64,000 nt of DNA from Macrostomum lignano (taxonomy: Eukaryota): NCBI GenBank assembly GCA_002269645.1, contig NIVC01003519.1:29601-93600 (forward strand), written 5' to 3'. Made by a program: the position numbers and the translations under genes. Numbering within the stretch: the first letter of the stretch is position 1; each line of letters begins with the position of its first letter. Of this stretch, positions 1-11,731 are shown one piece after another. Under the pieces are notes generated by a model. The model saw only the letters and a program-made list of their open reading frames with translations. It was not told the origin of the DNA and did no database searches.

Positions 1-104
1 GGGTTCAATGGCCCACTGTCGCCCGTCTCAAGGCTGTACGCGATTGGAAAGTCGAAAAAGGTGCCGATGCACTGGGGAATGGGAGGTGTTTGAAATTTAC
101 TTGA
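1..104 (-). CDS. Possible further WD40 exon of the NWD-like gene (runs off window)
   Basis: Open minus-strand frame SSKFQTPPIPQCIGTFFDFPIAYSLETGDSGPLNP, with a YSLETG motif like the FDLSTG of the upstream exon. Phase 0 fits, but the acceptor (GAAG|) is weak. Confidence 0.4.
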
Positions 105-204
105 CTTCACTTTCAGATGACGAGCCGTAATTTTTATAATTAAAATTTTCAACAAAAGCAACATTTTAGACGGGCGAGAAATTGCGAATCTAGTTAGACG
201 GAGA

Positions 205-900
205 AGAGTCACCTGTTAGAAGTCACCTGTTAGAAGTCACCTGTTAGACAGATGAGTCACCTGTTAGACACAGATGATCCACCTGTTAGACACAGAGGAG
301 TCACCTGTTAGACACAGATGAGTCACCTGTTAGACACAGATGATTCACCTGTTAGACACAGAGAAGTCACCTGTTAGACACAGATGAGTCACCTGTTAGA
401 CACAGATGATCCACCTGTTAGACACAGAGGAGTCACCTGTTAGACACAGATGAGTCACCTGTTAGACACAGATGATCCACCTGTTAGACACAGAGGAGTC
501 ACCTGTTAGACACAGATGAGTCACCTGTTAGACACAGAGGAGTCACCTGTTAGACACAGAGGAGTCACCTGTTAGACACAGGTGAGTCACCTGTTAGACA
601 CAGATGATCCACCTGTTAGACACAGAGGAGTCACCTGTTAGACACAGATGAGTCACCTGTTAGACACAGATGAGTCACCTGTTAGACACAGATGATCCAC
701 CTGTTAGACACAGAGGAGTCACCTGTTAGACACAGAGGAGTCACCTAGCTGTTAGACACAGAGGAGTCACCTGTTAGACACAGAGGAGTCACCTGTTAGA
801 CACAGATGAGTCACCTGTTAGACACAGATGATCCACCTGTTAGACAGAGAGGAGTCACCTGTTAGACAGAGAGGAGTCACCTGTTAGACAGAGAGGAGTC
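205..900. repeat. 22-bp minisatellite (GAGGAGTCACCTGTTAGACACA), ~30 units
   Basis: Direct inspection; intronic in the NWD-like gene. Same family occurs as reverse complement at ~49870-50220. Confidence 0.95.
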
Positions 901-913
901 ACCCGTTCGACAT

Positions 914-1992
914 GGGTCCACCCCAACTGCCAGCCGGAAAACTGCCAGCCGACAACTGCCAGCCGACAACTGCCAGCCGGAAAACTGCCAGCCGACAATT
1001 GCCAGCCGACAACTGCCAGCCGACAACTGCCAGTCGACAACTGCCAGCCGACAACTGCCAGCCGACAATTGCCAGCCGAGAAAACTGCCAGCCGGAAAAC
1101 TGCCAGCCGACAACTGCCAGTCGACAATTGCCAGTCGACAATTTCCAGCCGAGAAAACTGCCAGCCGGAAAACTGCCAGCCGACAACTGCCAGCCGAGAA
1201 ATCTGCCAGCCGACAACTGCCATCCGACAAGTTCTAGCTAATTGAATCTACTGTAGCCTACTTATTAGCTAAGTAAAAAGCACGAAACTGTTTGGCTAGC
1301 AAAAGGCTTGTGGGGTAGCCTTAAATGTCGCCCTTCCCTACCCTAATTTTTTCAGATTTTCATTAGAAGTATATATGTGAAGGAGAAAGCATTCAAATTT
1401 CGTATTTTAGGTAGCCTTTGGTCTTTCTTTGAAAGCTTTATTTAATTAAAGTAATTTAATAGACTTATCTAGGATTGCGTCATATAGCAATCGCAAATTA
1501 AATAATAAAGTAAATAAACTTTCAATACAGAAATATTTACAATAGGCATTACAGAATGCCATCTCCTTCACATATATACTTCTAATGGAAATCTGAAAAA
1601 ATTAGGGTAGGGAAGGGCGACATTTAAGGCTACCCCACAAGCCTTTTGCTAGCCAAACAGTTTCGTGCTTTTTACTTAGCTAATAAGTAGGCTACAGTAG
1701 ATTCAATTAGCTAGAACTTGTCGGATGGCAGTTGTCGGCTGGCAGATTTCTCGGCTGGCAGTTGTCGGCTGGCAGTTTTCCGGCTGGCAGTTTTCTCGGC
1801 TGGAAATTGTCGACTGGCAATTGTCGACTGGCAGTTGTCGGCTGGCAGTTTTCCGGCTGGCAGTTTTCTCGGCTGGCAATTGTCGGCTGGCATTTTTCGG
1901 CTGGCAGTTGTCGACTGGCAGTTGTCGGCTGGCAGTTGTCGGCTGGCAGTTTTCCGGCTGGCAGTTTTCCGGCTGGCAGTTGGGGTGCTCCC
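914..1992. mobile_element. Non-autonomous Foldback/MULE-type DNA element
   Basis: Arms ~914-1400 and ~1554-1992 are inverted repeats. Each has GGG(T/A)(C/G)CACCCCAAC termini, an array of 13-15-bp ACTGCCAGCCGACA units and ~170 bp of near-identical unique sequence. Spacer is ~150 bp and AT-rich. A perfect 9-bp direct repeat GTTCGACAT flanks it (905-913, 1993-2001). Confidence 0.85.
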
Positions 1993-2083
1993 GTTCGACA
2001 TGTACTTTACCACCAGTAAAATATCTAACGACTTACAAAGCTCTTAGCAAAATACACAAAATATAGCATTAATTTCTATTCAC

Positions 2084-5000
2084 CTTTTTCCCATTTGGCG
2101 TGAGCCCGACCTGATTAAAGCCGTACAGTCCGGGCATTTTATGCATTCGCTCCCCAGTTGATAGGTCAAATACGTATCCGTAGCATTCCATACCGGCTTT
2201 ACCAGCCACTAGAATGTTGTTGCTAAGAGCCAGACAACTCGGCTCGCCTCCCTCGATCGATAGAGTGTGCAATTCTGCGCCTAAAATGCATTTAGTTTGT
2301 TACATATATATATACTTGTTACAACGTACACTACTTTGTTTAATATACTTTAGATGCTATTAACTTACACTTCTTCAGTAGTATGCAGTGCAGAACGCCG
2401 TGCTTTTCGGCAACAACGAGCCAACTTTCGTTGGACTCTGTCAGGCAGATGGGCGATTCGTATTTGCGACTTTGTTTCGGTTTCAGATTTCCGCTGCCGA
2501 GGTCGTGGAAGAGAACCCAACCGCTGGATCGAATGCAGGCTAACAGGTTGTACTGGCTACAGAGTTTTTGTGTGGGTGCAAATGTAATTTGGTTACTGCC
2601 TTCCAGTTACATTAGCTACTGGCCGTTGTGGCTTAAAGTACACTTCTTTTCTAGCATGGCTTAACTACCACCACGAATCTATGATGGTTGTGGCTTAACT
2701 ACTATCACAAATCTAACAGTTGTGGCTTAACTACCCTCAGTTGTACCACAGAACTCACACGCTCAGATGCAAGCCAACAGTTTTCTCCGATTCAGGATTT
2801 TTCTCGTAGCCAGTCTGAGCTTCCAGCTCTTGCAGTTCTCGCATCACTTCCGGATTCGTGCTCCGTCGATGACTGACTGCTCGATCAATCAATTTCTGTC
2901 GATCCCAAACGCAACAAATATTGTCCTTAGCAACGGTTAGTAAATAACCTCGCCAAGACCAGCACAATAACAGTTCGCTCTCGTGCCCACCAATGCTGCA
3001 TAGCGTTTCGGCTTCGTCGAGATATTTACTAGCTTGCAGGGTTGCCGGTCGAAAAGTGCTGACCGTGAGATGTCGATCGTGGTTGAGGCAGTGGCACACC
3101 AGGCCCTGTTCAATTGACAGCCAAGCCATGCCGGTCACAGCGTGCCTGCTGGCGGGAATTCTGCTGACAACCCGATGTCTGGCCATGTCGTACACTAGTA
3201 TTGGCCACTGACTGTTGCCATTGATGATTATGTGCTGATTGTAGGCTGCCAATAGGAATCTAGCGTCCGGACTGGGACACAGCAGGCTCAGCTTGTACTT
3301 TACGTAGCCATTCGGTAGACGCTGTGCTTCGCCCTTGCTGACGTCAATCAGAGCCAAATCGCATTCGCCAGTTTTGTCCAAATGAGACGTACTCAACGAG
3401 GGGAACTCGCTTGTGACGAAGGTGTGCGGACCGACTGGCACGAGGAGCTGATTCCAGGTAGCTAGGAACTCCAGCTGGTCTCTGACCAACGAAGCCGTGA
3501 ATTTATCTTTATCGGAGTACTCTTCGCCAATAAACGAACGAATTCTATAAGACAGTTTTTCGGACTCAACGGGCCAGACTAGGTACTCGAGTAGGCTGCT
3601 AATTCCTACCACGTAGCGACCGCACACAGACGTGAATGCGTGCAGAAGAACGTCCTCGGAGTCCAGAGAGTACACGACTCGAACCTTGGGCGCATCACTG
3701 CTGGACAAAGATTCCAAGGGGAAATCGAACAGCTGCAGTCTAGAGGCTTTCGGATTGGTGAGGTCAAGACAGAGAAGCGACCGCCCGGAGTGAGTAAAGC
3801 AGAGACGCCAGCACTGCTGCGGCGACCCGAATACCAGAGACTTGCTGACCGTGTCAAACACGGCGTCCATGCCCTGCGACATTCGTGAAAAAAAACAAAA
3901 ATGTTTAGTTCTTCCTTCTAAGGACAATGTTACACACAATGACAGACGCACTTTAATAAGTCGCTATTTTTTCTGAACTGCACTGGCACAACAGTAAAAA
4001 GTCAGCAATTTAACCAACCTTAGCCTGTTCGTAACTCTTGTCCCGATTAAAAGTGACGGACAGAATAACATATCGCTGATCCGCAGCATTCTGCTGTTTA
4101 ACCTGATGAATATCGAACGGCAGGTCGAAGCTGTCAGTCATGCGCAGCCGAGTGTCCAGCATCTGCAGCTGTGAGGTCCCACCGTGTTTGAATTGCGTCA
4201 CGAATAGCGATTGGTAATCCAGCGAGCGAGCGAACGGGCTGTCGTTGAAACTACCTGACATGAAATTGAACAGAATGTTTGACAGGATTCTACCCTCGTA
4301 AAATAAGATTATGAAAATATATTTAATATTTTGACACTATTGACAGCATCTTTGACTCGCGTAGAGGTCATCTCATCTTTCTTACACGTAGAGGTTACCT
4401 ACGTGTTAGAACCGATGGGTCAACCCATTGGGAACTAGGTTCTCGAACTTTTTAGTACACAATTTCCACTGATTATAAATTAGACCCCCAACCAATTTTC
4501 ACGTGGAAAAATAAAAAAGCAGCAATTACCAGTGTTAAATAAAAATCTACTCACCTCCGGGGTATCCGCACACAACTTCCCGCCTAGCAACAAGTTCTCC
4601 ACCTGGCTGCGGCACGCACTGGCTTAATGGCAGCAGACAGGGAGCCTGCTGACCTTCAGCGAGCTCTACGGCGCGCTTGCAAAGGGTTTTAAAGTGCGCC
4701 GGCACGCTGCTGCAGCCGGCCCACTGGCCAACCAGCTGCGCAGTAAGCGATCTGGGGCTCGAGATCAAACAGCTGTGCAGAAGCTCCAGCGTTGCTAAGA
4801 GATCTTCGCAGGCTCGTTTCGATTTGTTATCGGCTTCGTTTATGGACGTCTTTTCGATAGCCAACTCCAGGTCACTGAGCAGTCTAGACAGGCCTAGGGC
4901 TTCAGCGACGCCGATCAACCAATCGACGTTGCAGGCGTATCGATCGACAAATTCGGCAACTCGACCGCCCAGCATGAGGTGGTGCGGCAGCTCGTCTAGT

Positions 5001-8000
5001 TGACGAAGATTCAACTGGAACGAAGTCAGTCGAAGGGGCTGCGCAGGAGCGCCTCTGTCGCAGTCGGCGTACGAAGCTTTCTTGCGCTTGAACAGCTCCA
5101 GCGGTTTTGTTTGACCGTACCAGCGTCCTGTGTTGAAGGGTTAAAAACAACACATACATACTAATCATTCATACGAAAACAAAATCCTTATCACTTCCCT
5201 CCTCGCAGTACCGTCTGTGAATTTCTAAGAAAACTTACCGCTAAAGTAATCGGCAAGGCAGCTGTGCAGTTTCTCGTTCAGCTGAGAGTCGCTGCAGTAG
5301 CGCCTCTCCGCAGCCTCGGCAAACTGTCTATGGTACCAGGCCACAACTCTGGAGCCGCCGAAGCCCTGCCTAGTGACTAAATACTCTCCGCAATCGTCCC
5401 TGATTCTAGTCCACAGCAGTGGCGGGAGGCGCACCATCTTTGGATCTGGCGGCAGCTGATGCAGATAGGTATCCTGGAGGACCTCGTCGTCTAGCGAGAG
5501 CACGTCTTCGAGCTCCTGCTCGGTGAGGCCGGACCGACTCAGCGCTAGATAGGCGAATGCTCGAGATACTAGCATCTGACCATGGCTTTTCTCCAAGCCG
5601 GTCAGGACCTGATCGATCGCCTGATCCAAAGTTGTTGGCAGTGAGTCGTTCCCAACCTCAGTAAATGAGCGCCATTTTAGAGCCTGATCAACCAGAAGCT
5701 TTGAAAACAACGGCTGGCCAGTTTTGGATACTGATTGAAGCAGCACCTGTCTCTGTCTATCGTAAGGGTTGGGAAACGGGGCACGGAATGTAGGCGAGCT
5801 CAAATGACCATAGGAAAGTATCGCGGGATCATTTTTGCACAAATACACCAAGCGAGACTTACTTTCCCGTGAGACTTCTTCCAGCAGCTTTGAGAAGCGA
5901 CTCAACTAGAGCCTGTGAATCGGCCGGAACCATCGGGTCCAGCTGCACGAGGCAGTCATTGGGAAATCTACCGCGAGCGCTGCTCAAACAGACGCCGAGG
6001 CAGCGATCGCTAGCAAAAGTGACCACGAGTTTGACATTCGCTGGCAGCTCAGAGGGTAAGAAGCTCAAACTATGAGCACCATCACTAGTCTCAAGTTGGT
6101 CCACCGAGTCGAGCACAAGAAGCAGAGCTCGTCCGTCAGTTGCAGCCGCTGACGCTCGATAAAGCAGCGCTTTGAAATGCTTGACAAGAAAGTGATAGTC
6201 TGTCGACAGCTCTGGATCGGTGTGCACGTCAAGTTCGTGCAAGCTGTACAGCAGGCAGATCTGGTGGCACATAGACGCCAAGAGTCGTTTGATAGTCAAC
6301 GACTGAGCAGATGTTCCTAGGAATCTTAGCACTTTCACCGGCACGGTTGGGAACCAGGCGTCTGCAGTGGATGCCACCGCGGCGGCTAAGGACGTCTTGC
6401 CGCTGCCCGAAGGTCCGTGCAGGATCACTGGGCGGGAAATCAGATCGCCAGGCTGTGACAGCGGCGACTCCGTCAGCTTGCGCTGTCGCTCGCGCTCGCG
6501 CTCCTAGAGAGGAGGGAATAAATATTTGTGAGCTACACAGGTACATATTATATTGAGTTTAGGCTCAAGGGTACTTATGTTCGCAGCGAAAAGTACTACT
6601 GAAAATCAAGTTCTATAGCGTCAACACTGAGCTTAGTTTGGCCCAATCTAATGCCTAACCTCTGTGTCGTCCATAGCGAAACTGACTCCCATTTGCTCCT
6701 GCAACGCTTCGCCCATCTTCTGGTGCTGTTGGCTTAGACTTTCTTCTTTGTCTTCGTCCTTTTGAGTTTTGGCCGCGGTTGCATCACCCTGAGAACGGCG
6801 CTCACTCATCAAAGCGAGACGGACTCGCTCAAGATCAGCTGAGCGGCCAGCGAAGGTTTCTAGTTTACTGACAGCCAGATGCAGATGATGCAGTACTTCA
6901 GTGTACAGTTCCGGCGACTCCATACTGTAAGAAAATTGAGATGACCTAGCGGAGTCCACCTGTTGGCGAACAAGGTTGACGAAATCGCGACAGAGATTCT
7001 TTAGATAGTGCGTGTGCGACAGCAGGCCGCTGTCAACACCTTTATCTGTCCATTTCAGTCCCAAGTACTTCAGCATCTGCGACTCGGACAGCACGGCGGG
7101 AATCTTTGTTGATTTTAAACGGTGCAGAAGCGCCTGCGGTTCAGAGGCCACCTCGCCATCCTCAATGTCGATGAAACGACCTGAATTTGTTAATGTAAAA
7201 CGTTGCAAGTTTACAATTTCTATGATTGTATTAATGACGTGATACCAGATCAAACTCACTCGCTATTCTGTCGCCGATATTTATTTCGTCAAATTCTCGA
7301 ACTATGCACAGGCAGCGAGAGTCAGCATCAGCTTTAGCCTCGGCATCAAGTAGTCCCGCTTGAATTTCTTGCTCAGTAACAGAGGCTAGATACTTGAATG
7401 CGTCAGCTTCAGTCATTGTTGCCTTGGAAACGCAGGATTTGGCGCAGGATCGAAGAAATTCCGTTATGGAAGCGTTCTCCAATTGCCATTTTTTCTCGTC
7501 TTCCCGTCGGAGTCTCTCATCATCTCGATTGTCGTAGTTGACCAGCACAGCCGTAATTGGCAGCAGAATGTAACGTGGAGGTCGCGAGTTTGCGTCAAGT
7601 TTGAACCAACGATGAATGGATTGATCATCCAATTTAAGGCGTTTAGCTTCGTCAATGAGCTGATTGAATTCTTCAGTAGGAATCTCGTTGGGATAGTAGC
7701 GGTGACCATATTTCGCACCTAAGATTACCTGGAATATTTATTTTTCTAACTTTAAAAAAATATTCATAGTTGACTTGTAACTTATTGGCAGAAAAATAGA
7801 GACAGGTTTTTATTTCTAAATGTGTACATGTCTAGTCTTAGAAATTTAGTGTGTTACTCACAGCAAAACATGGTCCCAACGAAACCTGGCGACATTTCAA
7901 CACTTCTCGAATGCACAGATCCGTCGTTTTGTGCTCCAACGCTGCGTCGTCTCTGACGCCCCATCGCATGTCGGCAACCTTTGAATTATTCACGAATCAA

Positions 8001-8380
8001 TCAGTAACATTAAGCCCTCAATATCAAGACGGCTACCCGGTGTACTGAGATAAGCTTACCTGAAAATCGAGTCGTCTTTCTCGGCAGTAGACCCTGAGTT
8101 TAGGAATCGCATCACGAAATAAAGCATTGCGCTCTTCGCCAGTGTCTGAATGAGACAAGCATACGAATTATTTTTGTTGACATCTAGAAACTATCTGAAC
8201 CTTAATTGATCAACAAAAAGATTTAAATCGCTGAAGTAAGTTATACAGTTTCTCACCTGTAAAAGTTGAGCTCAAAAACACTCTGACAATTGTCTTCTCC
8301 TGATCTGGCAATTCGCGCAGGCAGCCTTCAAGGACCTGCTTAAACTTGGCTTCTGCACTCTCCCTGCGAGGTGTGAGCAT
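2084..8380 (-). CDS. NACHT and WD40 repeat protein (NWD1/NWD2-like STAND NTPase), 3'-incomplete
   Basis: Exons with phase-consistent GT-AG junctions: 8380-8257, 8145-8060, 7978-7862, 7728-7260, 7180-6660, 6503-5863, 5756-5239, 5127-4555, 4254-4019, 3873-2759, 2556-2369, 2280-2084 (4,785 nt, ~1,595 aa, no stop). N-terminal DUF4062-like motifs VRVFLSSTFTD, ERNAL, VADMRWGV, GAKYG. Walker A GPSGSGKT, Walker B LLLVLDSVDQL, then PLFSKLLVDQALKWRSF, LPPLLW, WYHRQF, NLRQLDELPHHL and WD-like repeats. Last exon ends at a donor (AAG|GTGAAT), so the gene continues leftward. Confidence 0.9.
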
Positions 8381-10377
8381 GCTGGATTTACTGGATTTTA
8401 TCCAGCTATATTATTTTTGTTATTATGAAATTAAGTGTGTGGAAAATGCTTGGTTTAGCATTGGAATAAAATTGAAACAGCTCAAGTTTAAGCGACTATT
8501 AGGAATAGCAAGAACAAAAATAGCAACATGAGTTTGTGCACTAATATAAAATGTGTGCTACCAGCTTGTCTATATAATATTGCCATCTGTAATAATTAAG
8601 ATTGCATTATGATTTTAAAACATAAGTAAGCTTATAGTTGTGCAGAACTAGAAAAAAATCTACAGCTCTGTTATTGAATAAAATTTTCAGCATTTAATTA
8701 TTTCTATCTGTTATTTTTAACATAAAAAAGCTAGTGTGCAGGGCGATTGTGGCAGGCGGGTTGCCACTAAACTGTAATACTTAAAACTTAATAATAATAA
8801 TTTTTCCAATTTAAATTGGTGCCCAATTCCTGGACTTTTTATTTTTATTTTTCAACGTTTGTGCCGCATTATCCTTTCCCATCGTTGCCCTTGTGCTTCC
8901 CATTGTTGTCCCTTTGGGTTGCCCTGCCGTTGAAGCGATTTTTCCTTTTGTTGATCCCTGCCATTTTGCTATCCAATGCTATGTGTTTAATTCGTCCATC
9001 TGGTTGCCCACATGTTCGCCCATCCTGTAGCCCAGCTATCCGTCCCAACCCCCGTCCCTGAATTGAGTTTAATAATTTTGCTTATATAAACTGCGGTTCT
9101 GCCGCGATGATTTTTGCTCTCTGCCTAAACTCCAACTCCACCTCCTACTCCTGTTTAAGTTGTTTATTTGGTGATAGTCTTGTCCCGCCTCCTATAACTC
9201 ACTGTTCGTTTTGTCTGGTTGCTCGGTCGATTGTTTATACGTCGCCGCCCAAAAGAATTCTGGTGCGCAAGTAATAAATCTACGCCTGCGGATAGTACAA
9301 ATAAACCAACTACTCCTATAATATAACCAATAAATAACGACGACAAGTTAATCAATAACTTCTATTTATCCGTTGACATTGCCATAGCTTATCTTAAGTC
9401 ATTTGCCCGTGGGGCGTAAAATAACCAATTAGTCTCAACTCAAAGAAAGCTCGGGGACTCTATTCGTTCCGTAATACGTAAATTACGGTGGTGGCAGCAA
9501 CTACCCTACTAAAAGTAACAAGTTCAACTCATCGACGCATTAATTTACGGAGACAGAATCTCCTGTGTTCTACAACTGAACGACCGTGCCGCTCTACGAC
9601 CGCTCCGCTACGATTACAACTACCCTCCCCCCGGACTTGAGAACCCGGCTGTCGGAGTAAAAGGAGAAGAAATTCATTGAGATTATCGGCGCGAGTTTTC
9701 CGGCTTTATTCGTGTTTCAACAACGCCGGCGGCAATTCAAACGAGGAATCCGCCCCACCTCATTGGTGTCAGCAAATTTTCAAAACCGACCGATCAATAA
9801 TTCTCTTCTTCTCCACCCCCACCTCACGATCTATAATTGTATGAGTAATAATGTTTTTAAATTCGTGCCTAAACGCTAAGTAAATAGTTTGTTATACTGT
9901 ACGATTTTCTCATAATATTTTACAAATATAATTTTTGTTTTAAATCTACGAGTAAAATGGTATAAATAGAAGCAATTTTGGTGGAGGAAGAAGAAACCTC
10001 GCGCATCGCGGTTCAATAATAAAACAGTTGATAGCTAATCGTAAGAGTTCCAAGAAAATAAGAAGTGAAGAAGTGTTTTCTGTGTTAATTCTTTTTAAGA
10101 AGTAAGAGTGAAGTAGACAGAAGTGTGTACCGTATATACTACTGAGAAGGAAAGTGTTGAGTAGTAAGAAGTTGCGAAGTAGATCTGAAGTAATATGTGT
10201 AAGAATAATGGAGGCTGTGACCCTCTGATCTCGGTAACGCCCAAGGACTTGCAAAGTACATGAAATACATATACCAGTAAGACAAAATACCGCTCAGGCC
10301 ATTATTAAATAGAACGCTACCAAAATAATCAGAAGAGTAAAATCTTTCAGGGCTAACAGTTTTTCTAAGAATAATAC

Positions 10378-10435
10378 TCAGACTAAATACTCAGACTAAA
10401 TACTCAGACTAAATACTCAGACTAAATACTCAGAC
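10378..10435. repeat. 13-bp tandem repeat (TCAGACTAAATAC) x4
   Basis: Direct inspection. Confidence 0.85.
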
Positions 10436-11731
10436 CTATTCTAAGAAACATTTCTCGGATTATTCTAAGATTGATAAACTCATAACTTATTAATAGGATA
10501 ATCCTGGTGGCAGCTACCAACCTAAGAAGAACACTTAAGAGATTAGTAAATTAGCCCTGTGATAGCTTTTGGTGACAGTGTGAAATTATTATTAAGAAGA
10601 AAGAATCACCCCTGTTACAACTTTGGTGGCATTTAGTAGGATTCTCAGTGCACAGGAAACACACCTAGTACAACTTTGGTGGCATAACGGTGAAATTCTT
10701 ATAAAGAGCCAAAAGGCCTGTAACACTAGCAAGATAATTTCAAATATGTAAATTAAATACTTGTAAAACAAATAATGCAAAAAGTATGTATTTTAAAACT
10801 ATTCTAGTAACATAGTAATTCAGCTATGAAGTCATTATTGCATAACCCAAATTCTCAGAAGTTATTCATACTTCATTAATTTTTGTGGGATTCAAATCTC
10901 TTTTTAATAATGAATGATCTGCCTTTTGGCTTGTGCTTACAAAATGTGAATGAGGCATTCGAAAGGAAGCTGTATTGTTTTAAAAATTTATCTATTTATG
11001 TGAGAGCAGAACTTTTTATTACACTTTTAAAATATTATTCGATTTGCAAAAATTACTCATAGTAATAGTAAACAAACATCTTAAGTCGACCTTAGAATGG
11101 CTTAGATAAAACGTTTATTGATTAAATAGAAAATATCCTGTGTTTGTTACGCTGTAATAGTTAGAATTTTCGAGATAAAGATAAATTCTGTCATATGAGA
11201 AGTTAAAAAAACCTTTGTGACGGTACTGCCAAACCTCATCCCCGTGTTATTGGTTGATAATTTAAATTTATACATTGAAGTCATTAAAAATTTTATGCAA
11301 ATCACCGTATCGATTTTGTTCTCCTTATTTCGTTTTCTTTAGCAACGAATGTAGAAGCGTATTAATTTTATTTTAAAATTTTATTTTAAATTTTAAAATA
11401 GATTTATTTTTGTAGTTACTTGAGCCAATCAACAGAGTTTACTTTTTTATTTATTTTTTGTTTTGTACTTTGTTAAGATGCAGTTTTCTTTGAACTGAAC
11501 TAAATTAACTGCACGAATTTAAATAAACCTACATGCTTTATTGAACTTGGCAGACCAATTGACGCCAGATAGAACTGAGACAAATTTAATGGAGCACATA
11601 TGTTGCTCTAGTTTTGCTATTATAATTACTTCTCTGTCTCTATTTAAACTACGAGTAATCGCTGCGAATTCTCTCAAACTTTACGAAGATATCTCCTAGA
11701 GTGTGGCTGAATTTTCGCCGACTGCAGTATA

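Noticed and set aside
2755-2760. Stop codon suggesting the NWD-like gene ends at 2755
   Set aside because: A GTGAGT donor at 2758 splices in phase to two further exons.
5757-5862. Apparent frameshift between the NACHT ORFs 5859-6428 and 5225-5905
   Set aside because: Explained by a 106-nt phase-2 GT-AG intron giving RSLTGK-QRQVLL.
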